The notes beneath the pieces are model-generated. The model worked only from the letters and a program-made list of their open reading frames with translations, was not told the origin of the DNA and ran no database searches. A DNA stretch of 64,000 nucleotides. Origin: Bugula neritina (lineage: Eukaryota; Animalia; Bryozoa). The translations under genes and the position numbers were made by a program. Positions 16,705 to 28,700 of the stretch are shown in pieces. The stretch is from positions 5,065,929 through 5,129,928 of the forward strand of contig OZ037769.1 in assembly GCA_964035545.1 (NCBI GenBank), in the 5' to 3' direction. Numbering within the stretch: the stretch's first letter is position 1; the number at the start of each line of letters is the position of its first letter.

Positions 16705-19700
16705 TCATACTATCATTGGGTGATAGAGTCTATTCCTCTGATGTTCTCTCAGCCGGTTAATATTTCTAAAATCCTCCTCCCCTTCCGATGAGCTCATCAA
16801 TTCTTGTTGACTGGAGTTTTGAGAAGTGAGTTTTATATGCTCCGGAGATGTCCCACTACTGCCATCAGACGTTGAGTCAGTGTTTGATGAGTTACTCTCA
16901 GACTGAGTGGTGGAATTGTCCTTGTGGTCACCTGTGCAGAGGTAACGCTGCGTGTAGGCATAGTAGACAGCTAGCAGCACCAGGAATATTACCAGCAGAC
17001 ACACAGCTATAGTAGCACCGACCATCAGCCACCAGAGGGTGCCGGAGGGAAGCCCCCCTTCCTCTAAGGCAGCACCAGCATTGATTTTTACTCCTTCACC
17101 TACAAAATAGAAAATGGTTCAATCGCAAATCCTATTTTCTAACAAAGAGGCTCAATGTACACCATGTGTCTGGGCTGACTAGTACCAACAGCTGAACAGA
17201 AACTTTAAGAATGAGACCACCGCAAATCAGTTATTTTAGAGATGTCATTTTACAATCGAAATTTAATGCATCACTTGTTTAATTTTATATTTTAAAATAA
17301 ACAAATAAATTGGATATTAACAAAATATCTAATCCAAGAAAGTGCAGCTTTCAGTGCTTCCTCTCACCTAAGGAAAGGCAGCCACCATTGAGGAGATAGG
17401 AGCCATGATAGCATTCTGTACAGGAGGTATTCACAGAGGTGGTACAGGCGGCACATGACACATGGCAGGGGTAGCAGGTGCTCCTGCCAACATACCATCC
17501 ATGTGGACATGCATCTCTGCACTCATCTCTGTACAACACTTGAGGGGCAGTGCAAACAGGTTCCACTTCTAAAATTAGCACACAAGTCTATAATTAGCAA
17601 TCATTATATGTTATACTGTGTATATTATGTATGTTAGTTGAAAAACAAACCAGGAAAAGACAAAATAGAAGAAAAAATTTAGTAATTCTGTTGTTAAAAG
17701 ACATTGCCTAGAAAATAGAATTACCATCAATACTTTTACAGCTTACAGATCAACATCGGAATATATTTATTTATGAAGGAAGTTTTAAATAGACTAAACA
17801 TACTGCATGCTTCTAAATGAAACGAAACATTCTATCTTAGTTAAGATTTTGCTCATTTGCAACTTATTATTGAGTGAAACTACAGCTACCTTACTGCATG
17901 ATAGTATAAAGTTGAATGACACAAGAGTTTATATTACTTTATAAACACGCAGCAGTACAGTCATGTTTAGCCTAGAAGGTGTATATTACAAACTATGAAA
18001 ACTGACACCATCTGACACTTTCTGACAGATGTAAGAAAGTTATTTTATTGTTGATTTATCTTAAAAAGTTTATTTTAGTAGTAAAAAATAGTAATGAGTG
18101 ATGACGGAGACAGCATTTGCAATCAGACGCACACACACAAACATGCACACACATGCATCAAGAAGTGAAGCAGCTCTAGCAGTAGAAAAAGCAATATTGG
18201 AGTGGCTCTAGTGACAGTAGCAGTGATACTTACTGATTACGTGGTGGTAAATACTGTCTAAGGGATGGTAGTAGTGGTGGGCTGGAGGTAGTGGAAGTGG
18301 TAGAGGCGATAGTGGGGTGGCGAAGGTACTGTTGAAGGTGATGGAGGTATTTGTAGATTGTGTGGTAGTGGTAGAAGTGGTAATGGTGATGGAGATAGCA
18401 GGAGTGGTGGGGTGAGATGGTAGGGGAGGTGGTGGTGGTGGTGGAAGTCAACACTTTAGGCGACATTCACACACATCAAAGACAAAACAAGCAAGGCACA
18501 AAGGCAACTTTGAGAATATTTTTGATGGGGATGAGCTTTGTTCACGTTTAATGGTCGACTCTTACCAGAAAACAAGAACTTATCAGATTGGTGGTAGGGT
18601 GGCATTTCGGTCCCATATAACACTAAAGACACAGCTCGTAGCGTTGAGGCTACAAAACAATAACACAACAGTTCTATGTAAAACTACGTTAAATAATGAT
18701 TGAAGCAACAACATTGAAGAATTATCTTCCCATACTATGGAAAAGAGAAGAGGTGGAACTAAAGTAGTAGTTTCTAAATAAGATGCTACGGGAAATACCT
18801 ACTAACTACTTAGTAACAAAACGGAAGCAAAAACGGAATACAGGGACACAATAACGGCATATCAACAACACGAGTGGATGATATCCACGTTACCATCTGA
18901 GGCAACCGGCTGTCTGTTGACTTGATTATTACGATTGAGTATGTCTTGCAGAAGTCCAGACACGCCCACACGGTGGTGATGGTCGCCATGTTTAAAGGTT
19001 ACCACATCGAATGAACTGCCATCTACCGGCTTGGCTTCCACGCCTTCGTCACCACCAGAGTCAAAACCAAGGTAAGACGTGACAGTCAAAGGTGCTGAGT
19101 CAACGTATTCAAACTGAGGTTTGTCTGCAGGCTTATAAACTGGAGGTTTGTACACCGTAGCCTTGGGATCATTGTTCACTGCCATGTATTCAAGACGGGG
19201 CAGAATGATACCGGCCCTAGCCATTTCGTCTCTAAACTGAGATGAAATAGAACCTTCAGCGGGATCGTGGTCTCTTGTACGAAACTTGCGATAACGCACA
19301 TTGTCCTTAGCTAGTTTACCCTTCTGTTCGAGAGGGTCTGTACCCGTCCCGAACAAGACTAGATTCCAGTCTAACAACTGGGCTGACAATGCTGCAAACC
19401 ACATATAATTTTGCAAAGCGGGAAAAAGACAATATTACATAGATTTTTAGGTTCCTAACATGTTACAATTATATAATTTAGATCTTAAACTGGACTTAAC
19501 GATTGTAGGTAAAAATGGCACAAATGGAAAAGTAGGAAAAAATGGCACACTGGTGCAAACTTTTCCCAAACACAAATCCTCGACTCTTGAACCATATTCC
19601 CAAACCTAAACCCCCTTCCTAAACATCCAACCCAACCTTAATATAGAAAATGTACCAACTTCTCCTACTTTTCCATTTGTGCCCTTATTACTGGTGCCAT

Positions 19701-22700
19701 TTTTACTGGACACCGGACCTAACAGCTATAGTATTCTAAAGAAAGCAGCATAGAGGATAGCCAACCTAACACACAAGCAAATATCTCTTAATATTCTCAA
19801 GATCAACATGGAATGTAGAACTTCGTACAATTCAACAAAACAAAAAACTTATCATAAGCTGACACCACTGACCAAAAAGATATAATCTGTCACAAATTCA
19901 GCAAAAGATTAAACAGTAGTAGAGTTTGGCACAGTGACTTTATCCTGTGATAGTTGAAGTACAACAGGTTGGGCTAAGACCTAAAAGCATTCTGCAAACT
20001 ACATCCAGGTGTGTGTGACACGTATTATTTAGACAGATGTGACAGTATATGACCAAGTGTGACACCAAGTATGACACCACCGGACCAAGTGTGACACCAA
20101 GTACGACACCACTTGACCAAGTACGACACCACCTGACCAAGTACGACACCACCTGACCAAGCAGGATATTACATCACACACATACAATACTCACATGCTC
20201 TATAACCATTCTCCACCTCCAGTATCCATTCCCCTTTAGAGAATTCTCCCCAGTTGTGAGTGGTCATGAATTCCCAATCGTTAAAGCCTTTGTTGTTATT
20301 ATCATTTGCCCTAAAAGACATATCTGAGTATAACCACTTTTGAAAGCTTACAAGTTGATAACAGGATATGTATAGACAAAGCAATTACACCATAAATTCT
20401 CAAAACGTCTTTGAAGCGCAAATTTGCTGGTAACAGTTACCACGAAGAACTGGCATATAAAACCGACCTAGCAGATAGCAATGTAGAAGTGGTTCCCATA
20501 GGCGATGTGAGACGTATCACAATATCCCCTCTCCAGGAGCTAGTGAGCGAGATCTTAGCCTGCACATGCTCCAGATACACCACATGGTGTGATGTCCCTT
20601 CACACGCGTCTGTTGTCAGACGAATTGTAACTTTACTCTGCGGTGGGATAACTCTGAAAAGCAGTGAGTGGATGCTAAGTTTGAATAATTTCAGTTTGTT
20701 TCGAGAACAAATTTATTAATAAATAAAGGGCAAGTGGTAGAAGGAAAGTTACAGAAGTTAGTTTGCCAAACATATATGCAATATTACAAATTTTTAAAAA
20801 AACGCAGTGCCATGGAGTGAAAATATTTATAATTTCAACTCAGATATTATAGTAATAATGTTCCTGTTCATGTTCCGACAGATTCCACAAAAACATTTCA
20901 AAGCTTTTAAAATGACTATAATTAGTTAAAATCCAAAATACAAGAGAAAATAACTCCAGATATTAAACAACAATAACAAATTCAATACAAAATAAGTATA
21001 CCTGTTTTTGATCGGCCCCACAATCTCACAGACTCGCTGTGATGGTACATTCGTCCAGTTTTTAGCCAAGTCCACCATCTTGCCTGCATTCATAATACCG
21101 TAACCAAAATGGTGACTCACTCTTCTGCCGATTCCATTCACCACCCAGTCATCAGCCTGCAGGTTGTGTGGGTTGGAAGACATTATGACTAGGTACTGCA
21201 TATCTCTCCACGTTAGAGATGGGCTACAACACGTTGGAGTATGTTATTCATAGCTGCTACCACTGACTCACTAACCCAATAATTAACTCACTAACTCACT
21301 CGCTCACTCACTAACTAACTTACTCACATAATATGCTAATCATAACTTCCACCACTCACTCACCCACTCACTCAGTCACTCACCCACTAACTCACTCACG
21401 CTCACCCGCCCGCCCGCCCACTCACTCACTCACTCACTCATTCCATCACCCGCCTGCCCACTCACTCACTCACTCACTCACTCCATCACTCACTCGCTCA
21501 CTCACTCACTAGTCACAATTATTTCGACAAAGACTCACAGCAGCATAAAACATAAGACATGTCATACTGTATAACCTATAACTACTTCTAGCAGCCTTAC
21601 GGTTTCATTGTAAAGCTGATACATAATAAAAATACAGAAGTCTAGAGATGAATATGCATTTATTGCAAAAATGTTGATGCTTTATTGAATCCTAAATAAA
21701 GGTTTTGGGCTGAAATTTTTCATCTCAGATAATAGCTAATTGAGTTACTGAGCCAAAAGCTCAAAAGAAAATTTTGAAGAAAATATTTTATAAAAATGTT
21801 TCCGGTCTTAAAATCTTTACAATTTCAGACTATGGTCCATATAGCAAGGTGAAGGCCAATCAAACACTAGTAGATAGTTTCCGGTACACTAGAACACACC
21901 CTTGGCAGTAATTATTGAACAAGATATTGATTCTAATTCAATTAGTTAATTAGCTACATGCACTCATAACTTTATATCTTACTCTATCCATAACATATGC
22001 TTACACAGGTTACAACCATCTAAACATGCTATTAGATATTACAGACATTTTCAACACTATTTGTACGTTTTTATTAAAAAGGTTGGAAAAATTACGAAGA
22101 AGAGTTTAAAAAAATTATTTTTCTATTTTACAGTTATTATTGAGCACATACTTAGCCTGTAGAACCAGAGCTACTATGCCTGCAGCTAATGGGGCGCTAG
22201 CAGACGTGCCTGTGTGTTCTTCTGTACAAGTCTTTCTCAGATCAGTGGTTACAATCTGCTGTTCGTGTGCATCACCTGAGCTGTATGTAGAGGTCAAGGT
22301 TGAAGAGCACGGCTCAGAATACCTATAAATATAGTACATAATATATAGTACATGGTGTATAGTACATAGTGTATAGTACATGGTGTATAGTGTATAGTGC
22401 ATAGTATATATAATATATAGTACATAGTACAGTGTATAGTCTATTATAGTACATAGCATATAGTAGTTAATGTATAATACATAGTATATTGTATAGCGCA
22501 TAGTATATAATACATAGTAAAATATTTAGTATATATAGCATATAGTATATATTATATAGTGTATAGTGTATATAGTGTATAGTAGATAGTGTAGAGTACA
22601 TAGTGTAGAGAGTATATAGTAGAGATACTATGGACTATATACTATCTATCTACATATAGCATAGTCACATATCTACAATATATAGTATATAACAACAACA

Positions 22701-25700
22701 TAGTATTTAGTATACCTGATATAAACATTTACCTATAGACTATAGCATATGCTACTACATCATGTTACTATAAATAGTCTGTCTATAGAGCTACAAGCAG
22801 TTACTAGACACGCTACATTAAATATGACCACTTAGCACCCTCCTAGCTCTAGGGTCAAGGTTAAAGTGTTACATATGACTCTTAAACTGAGTGTGAATTG
22901 GCTCTCCAGAACCAAAGAGTTTAGTTTACCAAACACTTGTCTAACTAATGGTAAAAAAACTGCACAGAAAAGGCTAAGTATGAAGAATTATAACAACTAA
23001 GAAATAGTATGACACAACTTTAATTTAAATATATATTCAGCTCATATATGACACTGCAGGACCCCCCCCCCTGCCTTCTCTGCTGTAAATATTCAGAATC
23101 AGCACATAAAATTACCCCATATAGTAAATTTTCATGAGGTTCGAGCAAACTTGAATTTTTGGTTTTAGTTTGCTGATGTGTACTAAATGAAGTAAAATGA
23201 CCTATAAAGCACTATATGTGACCTAGCATGGTCTAGACTCAACAGCTCTGCAGCAATGTACAGAAATATCTGATCACCTATAAGATACGCCACATCTGTT
23301 TTCCCCAGGAGATGTTTACCTGCATGATATCCATGGTAACGTCTTACCCATGCTAAACAACAAAATATTACTAGTTTTTAATCTACACACTTACCAGGGC
23401 ACATTTCCATTCTCTGTAGCACTAGATATTGACAAGGTGTATATGCTGTTAGTATAACCATCACAGTTGCAGCTATCTTTATCTCTTCCACCGTTACCAG
23501 ATGCCCAGATGAAAATAGACCCCTTACCATTCCGACCCTGAGAAAGATAGACTGGAGTTTAGTCGCCGTTTCATCGACAACTTTTGATACAGTTTTACAA
23601 ATTATTTAGTATATTAATTAAGCACTATCCCACAAATTCAAAACCGTCGTGAAAAATTTAAGTTTATGAAAATCAAAACATTATTTGTCACCAAGTGTTA
23701 GTGATTTCTAACTAAATTAAATTATTGCAAGACATTTTTACGAGGCTACAACAAATCTTAAGCTAAATTTACATAAAAAAACAAACTAAGTATGTAAGCG
23801 TACCCGCATGGCCCCATCTCTGAATGCCTTCCTAGCCAGAGAACCTGGGCCGTCGACCGTTTTGCCATCATCGTCTGGTCCCCAGGATGCGCTGTATATG
23901 TCTATATGATCTCTGTTGTAACTGAGGGATATGGCTTCAACAGAGTCGGTTACATCTCCATCTAGCATCTTGATACCTGCAGGGTATAGAAGTACAGTTT
24001 ATATAAGTAAGTATAGTGTATAGGAGTAAGTATAGTGTATAGAAGTAAGTAGAGGGTATAGAAGTACAGTTTATATAGTAAGTAAAGTGTATAGAAGTAA
24101 GCATAGTGTACAAGAGTAAGTAAAGGGAATAGGAGTAAGTATAGTGTACAGGTGTAAGTAGAGGGTATAGAAGTATAGAATATATACACAAATAAAGGAT
24201 CTAGAGGCTAGTATAGAGAAGTGAAAACGATTTGTTTGTCTATAAACAAGTATTTTTAACACCTTTGATGACATAATATTTCCTAGATTATGAAGGTAGG
24301 TACAGTGAGCCTGGCAGCTGTTCCTGAGACTTGGGGCAGCAGCTAAACTGCTTTTATATTAAGGGAGCTACTTGACACCATAAAACATGAATAGGTGTTT
24401 CCGGAACATACTAGAACTATAAGAGGCCGAGAATCTAACCACACAGGGAGTATAAATTACTCTGCTATAAATAATATATGATATGGCAGTCAGGAGCCTT
24501 GCATTTACATCAGAACAAGGCAATAATTTTTGTAAACTAAAACTATCCACTTTGAATTGGCCAATAATAATAAAATAAACAATAAATATGTTACAATAGG
24601 GAAACAAAGTAGTCCATTGAAGTCATTGTGTAACTAATTTCAAAAACAATAAATTAGTCTGGTAGACTTATATTTGTTTGAAATCTAATAATCACATTAC
24701 GAAACCCAAACAGGCTGCTCAGTAAGTTAGAACTGCATATTAATTCTATTGGAACGTTCAAAAACAAGTTGTGCTATTAATAGAACCAGTGAATTCAGAG
24801 CAGATATGAACATACCAGTATACAACAGCATATGAAAAATGTGTTCGGTGTACTGGTTTTGGGCCATGCGTTTATTTCCATTATTCCATATTTCAAGTGT
24901 ATAAACGTTAGCTGTCTTTGCATTCAGTGAGACAACCCCACTCGTACATACAGACTACCCACCCCTGAATATAGACAATCTGCCCCTACACACAGACAAT
25001 CCACCCCTGAATATTATTGACAATCTACTCCTACATATAAACAAAATGGCTCCATAATAGCTATAAGACATACAAACCTCCAATACTGGCCTCGTAAGCT
25101 ACTCCTACGCCACAAATGGAGTTGTTAGCTGAGGCTGCTACTTCCCCTGCACACCGTGTACCATGTCTGTAAGTAAAATCACATCAGGTGATTTCCACAG
25201 TCCCAAATAGTAGTGAGTGAATAAACAAAAATAAAATGATTTTCACATCTATTTCCTCATCATTTGGGAATTGTCTACTTTTAAAAAAAACAACATTTTT
25301 CTCCTAAATTCCTTATTAAAATACTAATTTGCTAAACCAACAATTCTGAAATATGTGGAAGCTTGCACATTATGAGTCATAGTTTATGAGGTGTTCTAGA
25401 ATTATCTCCCTTGACTTCAGAAAGACATCCCGGGAGGTGTTTACGCTGAATATTGTTTATGTTTTCAACTTTGATTTCAACTCGAGACAAATTATCACTA
25501 TTATGTTTTCTATCAGCCAGAACATTGCATTACATGAAATTAGTAGAAAATTTTCAGCAAAAACATATAGAAAATATTTAACTCGGTACCGTGTATTATA
25601 AGCTGGCATTCGGCTGCAATACAAACGTGCATACAAATGTAAGCATGATATTGCCTGGTAACAAGTTCCCCAACCCCATGCAGTTCATTCAAATGTCAAT

Positions 25701-28700
25701 CATAATAACTAACTAAATAATTGATAGTAACATATCAAACCTAACAGCTTGAGTAATCTCATTAGCTAGTTATGAAGTGTTACAGCAGAAGCTGCTGGAA
25801 AAGTTCAATTACTGTCTAGACGAAAAAATACAATCGAATAGCAGCTAATGAAGGTGTAACAAGTGTAGATGTCGAAATGGACAGTATTTATGTGTATCAA
25901 ATTTTAATATAACTCATAAAATGATATTTATATTAACATTTGCAGTATATTATATTAACCATCTTGAGGTTTTACTTTAAAATAAATGCGGTTCTGGCCT
26001 TTGCAATGATTGGCTAATTTAATCAACCTAGGAATTTGGCACTTTGTTTATATTGGCTGGTTTTGTACGACACTACTGACCTGTTCTCGTTGGTGTAGTC
26101 ATATCTAGGCATGGGATCAAAGTCCTTGTCATTGATGTCTCTACTTGCCCTAGCATCCTACAACACAAATACATCACAGAGATCATTGGTTGAAAGCCAA
26201 AAGTAATATTTAGAAAATGCATACATTTTACTCTTGGTCTTCAATAATGAAGCTTCTCCCATTCCCAGGTCTTCAGTCGGAAATTATCTATAAGCAACTC
26301 TGAGCTAAGAGTGGCTAAGTGCAGTAGTTCGGCTCTCGAGTTTGGAGTTGGGGGTTCAAAGTTCCAACCCAAACCTCCTAACTCCAAACTTGAGAACCCT
26401 AAGCTACTGCGTTCAGTTACCCCTAACTAGGAGCTGCTTAAAGAGTAAATATTTCCTTCATGTCAAGTCAAGCTTCAGTACTACAGCCATTTCTACCTCT
26501 AGAAGTATCCCCCAGTCTATGTTCTAGAACTTTCCAGTAACTTATAGTATTTAGGTAGTAGTAAACTAAGTTAAACATTGCCAAGTCTGGCTGAAGAATA
26601 TACATTTGAAATGTCACAAGAAGCCCCCATCCCCTATAGATGGGGTTAGTAGAAAAAATTGGTCATCTCACAAATTATAGAATATAAAAATGAGGTAATA
26701 ATTGAACTAAGAGGTGTGAGTAGATCATTACATAATAAGAGCTCGTGAAATCAGCAACAGCAACAACAGCATCATCTGTCCCTGTACTTAGTGCTGAAGA
26801 CTAGGTGGGTTTACTGTGCATAGTACAATGAGTGTGAGAGAAGAACTAATTAGATTACAGGGTAACTAATTACTTGTCTAGTAGTTAATATGCTAAACTG
26901 ATAAATTGAAATGCCTCATCAGAAAAAAAATTTAATTGAAAATTCAATCTAATCCTAACCCTTGCACAACAACACTTTTTGAGGAAGGAAAATTTGAGGT
27001 GCCCAAAAATTCTTTCCCTGCATTTTTTTTATTCATCCGCTGTTATATTCAAGTACCACGCAAGTATTAGTTAAGTGACTGCTGGTTGGTTCTTAACTAC
27101 ACCAGTACTTGGTGCTGTATTCTAGGGTAAACTAGGGGGTATACAATACCCGGGCATCATTTATTTATTTATAGTCAGCAAAACTTAAGTAGGAAGCCAC
27201 AAAGTTTATTTCATCTAAGAGTCAGAGTAGAACCAAAAACCACTCTTCAACAATCAGATATTCCTCTAAATAGCTTTCCACACCACAAAGCAGTGATAAA
27301 ATCAGGTAATTTATACAAACACTGAGCCATTAGTTAGATGTCTACCACTAAATGCAAAATATTTATATTAAAATCAACACTTGATATACGGCCAGAACAA
27401 TACTTGAAACTGGAGCTGCTAACATAGTTGGATGCATCAACAATGATTCAGAGTTGAGAGTTGATTTTGCCATTACCTCCTCTTGAATGAAAAGGTGCCA
27501 GTTAATTAGACTGCATTTTTAGAAGGAAAATTATATAGGATAAGATGAAAGTATTAAACAGGTGTATGACCTTCATTATGCCAGACATATTACAAGGATA
27601 TAAATAGTAATACAATATACTAGTACTACAATATACTAGTACTACAATATACTACTATACTGCTACACTATACTACCACTACAGTATTATACTAGTACTG
27701 CAATATACTGCAGCTACTTCAAGTAAGTTAAACAAAAATTTGGGCGCTGACAGTATTTCAGACTACAATTCATATATTAGCAAATACTCACGTAGTTATC
27801 TATCAGGTCAGGGTGGGTTCTCTCAATACCATCATCCAGTATTGTGACTACCACACCTTTACCAGTGTAGCCTTGATTCCAAGCTGGTACTAAGTTCATA
27901 TCCAGCACTCGGTGTCCACTGCCCTTCCTTGACTACAAGCAAAACTATAGCAATAAATACGGCCTTGAAAAACAACAAAACTATTGTTGACAGCAAACTT
28001 AGCTTCTAAACCGAAACCTGATCACATAATAGCCCTTGGTGATCTCACCAAATGCTTACTGAAGACTGACCAAATGCTATAGTGAGTAGATTATTCATTA
28101 TTACTTTAAACCAAAGCACCAACAATAGAACATTAGAAGACAATTTATAAGAAAATATTTCCTTAAAAACTGTTAGTTTTTTTATTAATACATGTTATAT
28201 TAGCAGTGATAATGTTTTCTATTCTTTGAATTTGCTGTTCTCAAACAACTGTGCCTAAATGAAATGTTAATCGACATAGGAGAATAATATTAATTGCTTT
28301 TATTATTTGAAAAACAATTTTACATGTTGATATTGCTCAAATCAAGACCTTTGATTGGTTGTAATCTTTCTTTCAAAAGCTGTCCAATATAGATTCACTC
28401 TAACTGAGTTAGAGCACTAACTAGAACTGAATTTTCATTTTGACTGAGTAACAGTACTGATTGACTGTCAAAGCTACTAAACTGTAAAGAGTGCAGTTTT
28501 GCAAGGCAGTTGTGGCCACAATGCTTTATTCATTCTCAGCTGGGAGTTACTGTGCTCAGTGCAAACCTATAAATATGTACTCTGCAGCCACAGCTGTTCC
28601 TTGCCTGCCCTTTGGACCAGGAATCATTCTGTGAGCAGCTCCAAGTTGGGGGTAACTGAGTACAATAGTTTGGATTCTGAGTTTGGAGTTGGGGTTCCAA

